64,000 nucleotides of DNA from Marsupella aquatica (lineage: Eukaryota; Plantae; Marchantiophyta): positions 13,763,375-13,827,374 of the forward strand of contig OZ316897.1 of NCBI GenBank assembly GCA_973895155.1. Reading direction: 5' to 3'. Both the position numbers and the translations under genes were made by a program. The notes under the pieces were generated by a model. The model saw nothing but the letters and a program-made list of their open reading frames with translations, searched no databases and had not been told where the DNA came from. Below are positions 23,696-36,346 of the stretch, one piece after another (the stretch's first letter is position 1; each line of letters starts with the position of its first letter).

Positions 23696-26600
23696 GCACG
23701 AGTCTCCATTTGGTACCATCCATACATAAAGTGTCACTCCCTCTGTAATTTTTTACCACTATAATACCTTATCCCTAATAAAAAAGTGTGGACCAATTTT
23801 GACTTCTACCCAAGATGAAGAACTTAATTAAGAAAATATTTAAATTTATTAATATTTAAAATTAAATTGGAAATATTTAAAAAGAAATTGATAATTTTGA
23901 AATAATTTCAATATAAAAATTTAGAGTTTAAAAATGATATTTTTTTGTCACTCGATTGTAACTCTATGATGCTGTGGCCGTTATATTACGTCTCAAATTT
24001 CTATGCAAAATGGATGGGTTATTGAACATGACCACAAAAGTGTATGGCCAGGTCACATGATAACATGTCTCAATTGTAAAGTTTATAATTTCAAGTCTAG
24101 CCTTGACATCTTTTATCAGTTTGACATGTTTTTCTAATCTTTTCATATTTATCTCTCCTCAACATTTTTCCTTGACTTGCCATCTTTTTCTCACCTAGTC
24201 TTGCCATCTTTTCTCACATTGATATCTTGATCTTACCAGGATATTTTATTCTCACTCTACATTTTTCTCTCAACTTTAACATTTTTTCTCTCCAGGACAA
24301 TTTTTGTCACCTTGACATCTTATGTTTTTTCCATCTTGCCATCATTTTTTCACTTTGACATCTTTATCTCACCACAACATCATTCCCTTAACCTGGATAT
24401 CTTTTCTCTCATCGACATCTTTCCCTCGTCTTTTCCTCATCTTTACATGTTTTTCTCACCTCACCATCTTTTCCGTCCTCGCCACATATTTCTCACCTTA
24501 TCTGTTTTTCTCACCTCAGTATTTTCTCTCTCATCAACATCTTTTTTTCATTTTTCATTTTGTGCAATGCACAGGTATTGGGGTAGTTTAGAATAAATCT
24601 ATGCCCATACTATGAGGATCATCCTCAACCCTTCAAAAGTTTTTTTTTTATTAAATTTTTTTTCAAATGCAAAAATACTTTTTAAGTTTCTGTTTTACTT
24701 AAAGAAGTCTGAGGGGTAAGGGTTTTTCTCAAATGTGTTTTTGTCCGTTGTCTAAATAAGGTATGAAAGGTGGTTTAACTAAGTCAACAAAACTTTTCAA
24801 GAGAGGGGTTCATTTGAAGTATTTTTTCAAAGTCATTGTACCTATGCCCAGATAGGCATGACTTTGTGGTAGCTCACTTGAATAGAGACTTATAGTTCTT
24901 GGATTCGAGCATTGTGGCTGACTCTTTGTGGGGTTTCACAGATTTCCTTTTATAAATTTAAAAAGAAAAGGAAAAGTCATTGTACCTATTAGCAGAATTT
25001 CTTAACAAGTCATGAGAAGTGACTTTTTCTTGACAAAAGGTGGCACCACATGACAGAAGTAGCACGAAACAAAAGAGTTGCATGAGAACATTGTTGAAAA
25101 CCAAATCAGGGTAAAACGTTTTTCAACACAAGCACCAACACATACGAAAGTCTTGATTTAGGGATAGGTCTAGTGACTGAGATCCACATGAAGTAAATCA
25201 TTGACCGGCATTCCTTTTGATAGTTTGAAGCACGTGCTACTCTCATCAATTGGGGTCTGTGCTAGTCTACATTAGGCAGTTCTGTTAGCTTCAGTTACGC
25301 ACTCAAGAACTTTGCATGTAACGCCAAATATCTGGACCTTTCTGAGGCCAGGACAAGTAAAGTGACAGGTGCGTGAAATTTGCAGGAAATAAGTAAGAAT
25401 TGTTTTTTAAAGGCGAATGGAATGCTATGGAGTAGTTCACAGGGCAAGTTACCTTCCACTTTAAAAGTTCCTTGCTAGTTTAAGGCTTTGCATATATTGT
25501 TTTCAGGTTCAGGAATTTAGTTCCAATATGCCAATTATGGACACCTCATTAGTATTATATTACTTCAACAAGCAAGTAACATATCGTCACAACATATAGG
25601 GGTTTCTTACATGCTATACATACTATTCATGCAAGAACATATCGCTAGGCCAAGGAGCAAGCAATTGGTGTAGAAAAATATACTCTATGATTGTAGTATT
25701 GATGAGCCGGCAATTTCACTCACGGATAGACAGGGAATTGGCCAAGGAAGTAAGAAAGATTAAGATCACCCTAACCCATTATGGGCAGCACCTAAACTGG
25801 TAATATAGAGAAACATTCAAGCCTGCTTTAAATTAGTAGAAGGCAGTTTTCAACAAGCAACTAGTATCGTTGTCATCTTGTGACCTTAAGTCTTCCAAGG
25901 TTTTCAACATGCACATAATAGTGTCATTGTCACAAGTGGGCCCTGGTCTAGATGATTTTAAGACTAGCAAGTAGTATCAAGATGATTGCCTGCTCAAGTC
26001 CTTTGTCTAGGATGGTTTTCAACATCCACATAAAAGCAGTACAGCAGTACAGCTGCTCCATTTCAACCTTAATCATGGAGTCATTCGAAGACTTATAATA
26101 ACGTAGCGCCAGAGTGAGCCAACTTTTTATTCATGCTATTACTTCGTAAATACTACTAGTTTTAGTGGAAATCAATGAATAGGCATTCGAGAAGAGCTTT
26201 TACTAACCGCCAAAGAGAAATCTGTAGAGATCTTGTCTACACCATACACTCAATCATTTTGATCATTCATCTTTGCGTCGTCCTCCTCCACAACAACCAC
26301 TGATAAGACGGAGGAAATCTCTCGCCAACTTGAAGGCGAGCTTGAAGGGCCTTGACTAACTATCTGCATGCACTGGTCTGATGAAGTCACAGGGATTTCA
26401 AGACGGTGGGGGCTCATCGTTTGTTTCAATCCCAGCTTGGCAAGTTTGACTGATCAACTGTCGCGAGTGAGGGGAAGGACTGAGACGGTGGTGGGTTTCA
26501 ATGACTGTTTCATTCAAAATTACAATTCATGCCTGCCAAGTCTGATCAAGAGAATCGAGGAGACGGTGGGATCATGGGCTATGTTGAATAGTGTTTGTGT

Positions 26601-29600
26601 TTGTTCTATCTGTAGATTCTACTGTAAGTTTGGGAGGATGTTAATTGGTGTATATAATCCAAACAGTGCTTGGCAAATAGATTGAATTCGGGAATCCAGA
26701 TGGGTGTGGGTTCACTGTACTGTACGTGTGAGGGACCAAGTTAATCTTCACGACAAGGTTGAGGAGAGGCACAGTCACTGTAGCTACTAGCAGCAGCTAG
26801 TTCCTACAGGACTGTCTACCCAGGTGAGGTAAGTAGTAGGTTCGCTGTCACGAATTTTGTGCAGTAGTGTTTGTGTTATTGACAAGACTACAAGAGCGAT
26901 GAGAATCTGAGAGGGGTCGACTGGAGGAGGAAGTGGCTGAAAGAGAGGAGAATGTCTGAGTGGCACAGTAGTAAGAGCAGCAGGCCGGTTGGGAACTAAG
27001 AACGCATTATCTTCTTTTGGACCAGCATATATTTTGGGATCTGGGATGCTGGGTCTACCAATAAGTGCTTTCAACTAGTTTGAGATTTGCAGGAGAAAGA
27101 TGCTTCCAGCCCATGTGCTTGATCAATATACTGACCAACAAAGATCTGGCCTCTGCACGGTTGCGCATCGAGCGAGCTCGGAGCCTCGACTTCTGGGTAC
27201 GTACTGACTGTAATCTTCCAGCCTAGAGTTGAGCTGCAACTGGCGAAAAGCGCAAGTTACCCAGTCTATTGGCGCAGATCTGAGGCTTACGACAGCTCTG
27301 AGTACTGTTTGCTCACGGCGGTGCATAGCAGTTCCACTACTAGGCGGCCCGCTGTTGAATGGATTGGCGTCCAAGGACTTGTCTAAGTTCTAGAGTGTTT
27401 TTTGTGATCATATCGATGTTGCGGAAAGCTGGAGATTTATGAGTGTCAGCCTCGCCTGGGGCGGACTAGTATAGTCGAGACCGGCGGTACTAGTCAAGAA
27501 TGCGTTTGTCAATACAGTAATTGGTGTAGAAGCCCCAAAAGGAAATCCGAGTGAAATTCTTATTGTGAGGACGGGCGTACTTAGTACTTATTACGCAGGC
27601 AAAATGGTAGTTAGCAAAGTCTTCTCCCAGTGTGACACCAAAAGTAACCCTGTGCTTCCTGCAATAAAAGGACGCACTGATCGACGCGTTCCAAGAGAGG
27701 CTGTCAGCAAACTGTCTGCGCAGAGCAGTCAGAGCTGAATCGATCTTCATCTGATTAACACCGTTAACGAGTGGAACTGTTCAAATTCATCTGTTGCACG
27801 AGATACTCGGCGAGATCGCGGTGGGCAATATTTCAATGATGCAAACGTGAAAGCTATGTAGACACTCGGTCCAGTATAAAGATGTTCATGCAGCCCGATC
27901 CGTCACGACAGCAAAGAGGGCAGCTTCTAAGTTTGAAAGATGTACGATAAAGAGCTCTCTATCAGACATTGTCGTGCTTACTCAATGTGTGATCTTGAGT
28001 CACAGCCGATAGAAGAAATCGTGTTCATGCTTCAGATCGGGCCTCACGTCATGACGGTGGTACTCGAATCGAGTTGTGATTTCAGGCCACACATCCTTGT
28101 GTGAGTGGCTAGGCTGGCGACACTGAGAGATCTACATGATCTAAATGAGGCCGACATCAATGCTTTGCCTCTGCCTACTAAATGACTTTCCAATCTAGGT
28201 TCGACGGCGACACAGTCCGGCATCGGTCGCCTCTGGACGTTATTAACCTGAAAGGAATATTTGTCTGCAGATGAGAACATTTCATCGTCATGAGACGTCA
28301 ATTCACGTTACAAGATCAGGTGTGTTTCTCAATCTTAATGTGACACCGAATTATTGTGCGATTTCATCTTTCAACCTTATCAACGTGTCCTCGTCGATTG
28401 CCGGTTGGTAAAGTCATGTGCTCTTCAAGCTACGGTCGGTACGTATCGATCTGGACACAGTTTTTATTTCCTAAGATTTCATGCGCTTAAGTTGGTGGCA
28501 GTCTACAGAATTGACAACGACCTGAGTTTTTTAGCATGACCTCGGAATTGTTCGGGTTGCAATCATCGACGCGAAAAGTCCGGTTGTTGGACCATTCGTC
28601 AACCGAGCGAACTAGGCATCTGGAATTTCGTATGCGCACTAATGTCACCCAGACCAATGTCTGTATGTAGCGCTGAAGTTCAAACGTGTTACCACTGAAT
28701 TCAGAGTGCGTAACCCGTCGAAAAGAACAGATTGCAAGCTAGTACTGACATTGCTTTGGGAGACATCAGTTCCCGTACCAAATGCCACCAAGTATCGATC
28801 AACTTCGTCGTTGGAAGAGAGAAATTGGTCTACCGCGTCTGTGCTGCTTCACTATTCGAGCAAGCCAAGGGTATACAGTAGTACTCGTCTACACTTTAGT
28901 TTGAAGTTTAATTTGCAGAATGAATTCAATCTTAATAAGCGGAGTTCCCTCAAGGAGAGACAACGTTTATGGAAGAAGAATACCATTCTGGTGTCACCTC
29001 GATCAGAGGACGATGAAGTATACATGGGGAAGTTGATCTCTCGCTCAACGGAGGAGTACGTCTTCGTCTTGAAGCTGCTACTAAGGAGGAGGATTTAGTG
29101 GGGGCACCACTTGCACAAGGACTAATTAACCTACAACCAGACACTTGGGACGCGAAGGTCGATCGATAATATGGCGACTCAACGGCGACTCAACGGCTGT
29201 ATTCGACTATGCTCGGGTCGGTAGTAGTCGTCGTGGTCTTAGGATGCTTAATTGCAACGACTCCTTCGTAATACCCTTCGTAATATCCAACCCAACCCAG
29301 GCACCGCAGAAGCTAGTGGACCTTCCCTTTTCAGCTTCCAGAGGTCTCGCAAGCAAGGACCGAGGAAGGATTGAGATACGTACGTGGTCATTTGGGTAAG
29401 TGAAGATCTGTGTATGTGTATCCATAGATATTGCAGGAATGTGCCTGCCTCACTATCGAGATCAGTTATAAATTTTCTCCAAAGGTATTATCTGACACCA
29501 CAACTACCTTAGAGGCTCTTGTAGAAAATTTGGACTCGATCGGCCCTTACCGATTTTGTCCGTTACAACTTCAATCTACTGCACAAGAACTTGGTAATAA

Positions 29601-31412
29601 ATAGCTAAAGTCGAGTCAGCTTCAATTGATCAAGAAAAGCTATTCATGTGGTCAAAGAAAGGTCTCAGCAATGGACTAGTCGGAGTTGTCTCTACTCAAT
29701 TCTGCAATTCTGATGCAACCTTGGCTCCCTCCCATGATTGGTGTGTAACCCACGGCGTATGTATATTGGTACATGTTGGTGGGGTCGGTTTATTCGTGAT
29801 GCGTCCAGTCGGTGCTTTAGTAAATGTGCAGTCTGTACCTTCTCGAATGAGCGTCATTGGAATCACAACAATTGCTTCAAGATGGCTGCCTTGTCCCAAT
29901 GCGTTCAGGTTCTCGTATCTTCTTATACGTATGCTTTCATCGGTCCTTTCTCACGTACATTTTTTCTCTGTGAGAACCTTCATCGGCGTTACTGGTCACA
30001 ATGTGAGGCACAGATGGTGAGAAACCGATTTTTGAGTTGGTCCCTCGTAAAAAAGTGCAGGATTGAAAGTCCCAAGCAAGCATCTTCATGAACTTCAATT
30101 ACACGAATTCTGTGATAACCACGCAGGACGAGCTAAAAATATTCCCCAACCTTTACACTTCCCTGCCGTGAACGTCCATGGGCAGATCACAAGTGAAGAA
30201 AAACCAATAATTTTGGCTAAGATTTTCCTTAATTAACGTACAGTTTTTTTTTCCCTAAAAAAACCAATTGAAAATTAACGTACAATTTTATTTTTTCCTA
30301 AAAAAAACCAATTGGATTACATTCAAGAAGCCAACATGCAACAGAAGTGGCCCACAAAAGGGGGTTTGCACCCGGGAGGACCAAAGGTCATGTAGCCAAA
30401 AACCGGGTGGGCCCGAAACCAAAAGAGAAGTACACTCCAACAAAGAAGCTAAACTAGAAATTTAACCACCGGAGCAGGAGAGGCAGAACTCCAGAAAACC
30501 TGCCAATGAAAAGGAACCCGCGGGGTACCTAACGTTCAGTTTAGGGTCCCCAATGTGGAAGAGATCATCTAATTTATGTAACCGATACAGCAGTGGGCTA
30601 AATTGGTTGTCACTCGTCTCTTTCTATGCGGGTGACTTTTTCAGACCTTGGCAAGCATTCACTCAAGAAATCTCTAGCAGACTGCAAATGCCTTGTTTGT
30701 GAAAGCTACTACACGTACCCACACGTCCAGGAAAATGTAAAATCTGAAAGGACAAAGTACGCGACGAACTTGCTAAGCTATTCATTTGGTCAGGAGCACT
30801 GTCAAAATTAAGAAAGCCACAACACAATTACGTGTTATGAAAAATGCTTTAAGTTTGCACAGTAAAAGACTTGATCGCCCCTCTAGGTAAAGATATCCCT
30901 GAAGAACCTAGCTCCGATCGACTGTGGAATAACAATAAGTTTTGGTAAACAGAGCCAATTCGAGCAGCATGAGTCAGCAATTTACTCAGCCATCTCACAA
31001 TTATAGACAGGCACAAATTCTCTCATTCACAAAACGGCACGAATCAAACTGAGCCCTTAGTCAAAAAGGAACAGGTAATCTATTGAGCTTATGGACCTAC
31101 TATATGGCCTCTCGCATGAACAATGTTATGACTACAGTCATGAAAGAGTCATGAAAGAGCTCCATCACATCTGTGACAGGGACATTCTAGGAGGTACATT
31201 TCTGGGCAACTCAGGCTAATGTCGCTGTTGCTCCCCAATGTCCTCTAGTCCGAGATTGTAACGGTCAGTCCCTGTTGTGAGACAAAGATCAGGCGTTCTC
31301 ATTGAGTTAAATTTCGAGCTATTCAATACGAAAATTGACATCATTCAATGCAAGCAAAACCTCGAACATGGCCGGTAGAAAAGGTAGCCCGAAGTAGTCG
31401 AGCCTTGCGAGT

Positions 31413-31437
31413 TGCGGTGAGCGTGGATCGAACACGC

Positions 31438-31480
<43 letters not shown>

Positions 31481-31485
31481 CCCGC
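31413..31485 (-). tRNA. tRNA-Phe: tRNA-Phe(GAA), cytosolic type
   Basis: 73 nt GCGGGGATAGCTCAGTTGGGAGAGCGTCAGACTGAAGATCTGAAGGTCGCGTGTTCGATCCACGCTCACCGCA folds as a full cloverleaf. A TTTT terminator lies about 30 nt downstream. Confidence 0.98.
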
Positions 31486-34414
31486 CGATAGAAGGTAGTG
31501 AGATTTAATTTATTATGAATATGTCCTTCAGCATTGCCTTAAACAAAGAAGTCTCCGCACTTTTATGTATAAAACTGAAACTTATCAAAACACTCTCCCG
31601 ACTGAGCTATCTTGGCTTGTGACAGGGAGTGAAATCTAACTCATCATATATATTCAATAGACTATTACTTTCAAGTACTTTCAAGAAAGGGTATCTAACA
31701 AGCTCATGCCTCGCGAAAAGCATGTTCATCTTGGAACGTGCTTGATATTTTTTCTTGTAGTGCTATGTAAGTGGATCAAATAAAGACTAGATTTAGAATA
31801 AGACATGCAAAGAAAACCTCATAGTGACCAATGAAAAGTACAGTCAAATGACCAATGAAAAATACAATCAAGTGCTATCACACAAAGACACTACGATGTG
31901 TAAATTCAATGTGCCTTATTAATAACGATCAATTCAATAAAAACCATAAACTTAGGGAAGAAATTCATGAGGGAAACTTAATACATCATGTGTTCATGCT
32001 TATTTAGAATCATTTTTCTCTCTCATGACAAGACTTTAAAACTTTGTTCAAGTGATAGAAATTAAAGTCATTGGGATTAAAAACTAAGAGGGCTGCCAAA
32101 ACGAGTTCAAATCTCTAAGATACAAAAAATTAAAGGGGTTCAAAACTTAATCAAAATTTATATAATACAATGGATGACCCTTGAGAAGGCACATTGAAAT
32201 AAAAATACATGACAAAAAATTATGAATAAGACAAAATTGCATTCACCATTCAAAATGTGTAGAATTGAAATTTACATGCACTCCCAACTGAGCTATGCTG
32301 GCTTGTAATTTGAGAAAAGCCATTTGAATATATATTAAATGAATGACTACTTTCAACAAAGTACTTTCATTTAAGAGTAGTCACAATGGCCCTCCTGTCG
32401 CTGAACGTGTATGTATAGAACTGAAATTTATCTAAATACTCTCGCAACTGATCTAAACCCCGCTCGTGACATTGGAGAAAATTTAGTTAGATTCATAAAC
32501 TAATTTTAGTTTCCTGTACTTTCAAGCAATTATAACCAAATAGATCATTACTCATGATCACTTGGATCGACTCTCATGTCTCCGCACTCATGTGTACAGA
32601 ATGGCAATTTATCTAATTGTTTTGGACACTCACTATGCCTCTAAGGCTTGCAGTCCATCACCCTGTTCGTTGTGGCAAAGGAGGTGAGACAGCTGAAGCC
32701 CAAGAGTGGGAGCACACTTAGTGTATCCAGCCACACTTTGCAAGGATAGGGTAGCCTGGTGGAAAAGCTCCTAAGCTAAGAAAAGTTTCAACACAAGGCA
32801 TACTGCCCCTTTAACCCAATAGGAAGGTTCTCTCTTTTCACATTGTGCTAGAGGAATGCATGTAGCATTTGGGGGAGTGGGGGTGGCTAGAATGCATTTT
32901 AGGGGATTACTAGATTGTGTTACTTGGGACTTTGAGTGCTCAATGTCAGGTATGAAAATTTGAACATGAAAAGACTCTTATACCACTACTACTTAGAAGT
33001 CAGATAGTTTATCTTTAAAGGAAAACAACAAACAGACTATTCTACTGTATCTGGGCTCACCCAAGGATAGAGCCACACTAAGGTTGCCAAAGTTCTCTCA
33101 AGCATGACTATTCTCGTCGAAGCATCTCCCAAACAGTATCACGCTTGTAATTAATTGTAGAGACAAACTGGCATCTGGGAGTCTAGCTAGCCAGGGGGAC
33201 CGTCAGTATAGGGCTAGGACCAGGGGGTAACCTCACCCCTGATTGCACCTTCACAGAACCCCCCTAACTTGTACTACAGTAGGGTTGGGAATGATCCCTC
33301 AAGTAGCAGTACTGCCCGAGGTAGTACTGAAGTAGTGCTGCGAGACACAACACAAGAACGCAAACAAGATACAAAATGCTTGGTCAAATATAAATGTTTT
33401 TTTTATAATTGTTGTAATACATATCAATGTCTTCCACTAACTCAGATGCATAGATGAGACGCACAATGTGTATATGAGAGACAAAAGTAAGAACTAACAC
33501 ACATATTTTTCAGTTTTGAGCATTTTGTGGACGTACTTGTGCAATGCCAAGACCAGTGCCAAGAAAGAGCAGAACAATTGAATGAATCATAGTGCTAAGA
33601 AAGTGAGTTATAATTGAATAAATAGGGGCATGGTGTCCCAGCACTATGGTAACAATGTAAAAAACGGATCTCCCAAACACTACATTACTAGGCGATCTCC
33701 CAAACACTACATTACTAGGCTCACAATCAAGTATATGACCCAGCCAAAGAACAAAAAGTGTCAAACAGCGGCATAGGACCCCACAGACAAGCCACCAATA
33801 AACCAAGCAGAGAAAACAAGAGAAAAATTTGGGAAGACAAGGGAGCCAAAAAAATCCCAAACATCCCAAGAAGGGTAAACGAACCAAAACCCTACTATCA
33901 GCAAACTAAAATGCCTGGTAAAGGCGAATAAAACCTCATCCGAAGGTCCCAAAGGGGATTTGGAGTGACAAACAGCGACCCTGAGCCTTGGGGGCTGAAT
34001 GAAACCCTGTACAGCTGGGACCGGGGGTACTCCTCACCGCCCACCCCCACCACCCCTCCACGGAATCCCGCTCTAAACCGTACTATTACGATCCCTACTT
34101 CTGCAGTACGGTACTAATCGCGTCAAAAGGATCTCCCAAGCGGTAATCGGCCGAACCGACTCTCTGACGAACGTGAGAGACTGAGAGCGAAACTCCGGAA
34201 AGCCTAGTACGAATCGTCGAGAAGCCGCGCGTGAAGTTTTTGGTTGAGACGGATGACAAAGATGAAAGAAACAACGAAAGAAACATTCAACGCAGCGCCG
34301 ACCAGCACGAAGGGAACTCAAATGCATGCTGTGTGATCGTAAGTGGAAGCGCGCCTTCCACAATCCCTCCTGCGCCTCGTCAATTTCGTCAGATTGTGTG
34401 CTAGATCCGATCAT

Positions 34415-34442
34415 AGTCGAGTCGAGTCGAGTCGAGTCGAGT
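34415..34442. repeat. (AGTCG)5 microsatellite
   Basis: Read directly from the sequence. Confidence 0.9.
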
Positions 34443-34489
34443 ACTGACGGAATTCCTGCAGAGGAGGAGACTGAATCGATCGGCCACAG

Positions 34490-35240
34490 GAATGATTCTG
34501 AGTAAACATCTCTTATTGCTCTGAATTGATGTTCACTGTTCAGCCTCGACGAAACGCTCTCTTGTAGAACGGTTGAATCTTCTTTAGACGATCGAGGAAT
34601 TCATTTGAATTTTCCGGATGCAGAGACTGGAAGGGATTAATATCATTCTGAGCGCACATCTCTTTCTGTGCTGAGTTGATGTTCATTATCCAGCCTCGAC
34701 GAAACGTTCTCTTGTAGAGCGGTTTGAATCTTCTTTTGACGAGGAAATGAATCTTCCGGATCGAAGCATGAGACTCGGTTGAAGGAATGATTGTATTTAT
34801 GAACATACATCGCTTGCTGTACTGATTTGATGCTCACTGTTCAGCCTCGACGAAACGTTGTCTTATATGTGTAGTGCAGAGTCCCGAAGGCCTCCGTGCT
34901 TTATATCGTCGAGCGGTTGAATCCTCTTTAGACGACAAACTGAATCTTTCGGATATATGAGACTCGAAGGAAATCTTGTCCTTCTGAGCACACATCTCTT
35001 CCTGCATTGAATTGATGTTCACTGCTCAGCGTCGACGTAAAGTTGACTTATGTGTGTAGAGTCCCTACAGGTCTCCCTGCTATATATCGTCGAGCGGTTG
35101 AATATGATTATATATTTTTTAGATAAGATTAAGAGAAATTGAATCTCCCCGGATGTATGAGACTCGAAATATTAACGATTGTCCTTCTGATCGAGCACAC
35201 ATATCTTGCTGTAGTACTGAGCGAATGTTCGGCTGGCCTC
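34490..35240. repeat. Diverged ~150-190-bp tandem array x4-5 upstream of the GT61 CDS
   Basis: Recurring TTGATGTTCACTGTTCAGCCTCGACGAAACG, GAGCGGTTGAAT and ATGAGACTCG. Confidence 0.85.
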
Positions 35241-36346
35241 GTCGCCTCGAGGAATAACCATGGGTCGGTCTCGTCGTGTACGGAGCGAGGGCTGAGATTT
35301 TATCTTCGATTTAGAAGGCTCTTCTTCTTGAAAACTGCTTGGCTGCTATACAAGTTAAGTAAGACAGGACTGTACATAGCCGACAACTTCACCATGCTAT
35401 TTCTGCGGGCTTTAAATTAGGCGGCATCTTGATCAACCGTTTTCAAATGTGCTCAATGTCGATCTCTACGTACTGGGCGTATTCTTAATCCATTACGCTT
35501 CTTTTAGGCCATGGAGCGAGGATTATAGCTGGTCGTTCCCAACCGTCTCAATTCACTATACGAAAGCGAGCAAGGAAGAGCGAGGCTAGAGCTCTTGCTT
35601 GAGTCGGGTGGGCACGTTAAATTCAGCAGAACGAGCTCGATTGATCTGTTCGATTTTCTCAGTATCCTGAACGAGGCTTCAAGCGAGACGTGGAATGAAT
35701 CTTGCAGGGTCAACGTAAATGTTTCGAGCTTTCAACCTTCGATCCGGGTGAATTAAGAACGCCGGTAATCAACTCGACCCTTGCTACCTAGTAACTACAT
35801 CACTGCGCGTCTCACTGTCAGTTGAGTTCAATCTGGGGATCTAGCAATGTCGAAGCCGGGCATATATACTGCCTATCCAAATTGCTCGAGGACCGTCAAT
35901 ATGAGCAAGTCACACAAGTAAGCTTATTCTGCTGGTTATCTTCAGTTTGAGCACTTTCCCCAAAGGTAGGAAAAGTTTAAAGAGCAAACGATCAGCCGAC
36001 AAACCACGGTGATCTGGGGCGGGGTGGTTTTACCTTTTGGCTCGGTTGAATTTGTATGGTCGGTGAATACCATTGAATGTGGTATTAATTTATATATACG
36101 GGTTGGTAGATCGCATGACTCGAAAGGGGAATGATGTCGAAGTTCAAGACAGGTAGAATAGAGCGAGTTTAAGTAAATGCTTGCCATTAGCTACGATTTT
36201 GTATAGTTTTGGTTGCATTTAGTTGAGGACTCAAGTGATAATCAACAAAGTTGTACACATCTAGCTAATTGCATTTGCTTGGCGCATGTAGTGTTTGATC
36301 AGGTTACGAGCAGCTCCAATATCACCAGGAGGCTGCACTTGCAAAG

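Noticed and set aside
24140-24596. Hydrophobic ORFs at 24312 and 24322
   Set aside because: Artefacts of CT-rich low-complexity repeats.
24868-24912. tRNA/SINE head (GGTAGCTCACTTG..GGATTCGAG)
   Set aside because: The A-B box spacing is too short and there is no cloverleaf.
33270-34013. Solo LTR (TGTAC...GTACA)
   Set aside because: No matching TSD and no second copy in the window.
34490-35240. Hammerhead ribozyme array (CTGA...GACGAAAC)
   Set aside because: No CUGANGA core is correctly placed before a stem II closing onto GAAA. The same problem applies to CTGATGA at about 4567 and 26378.
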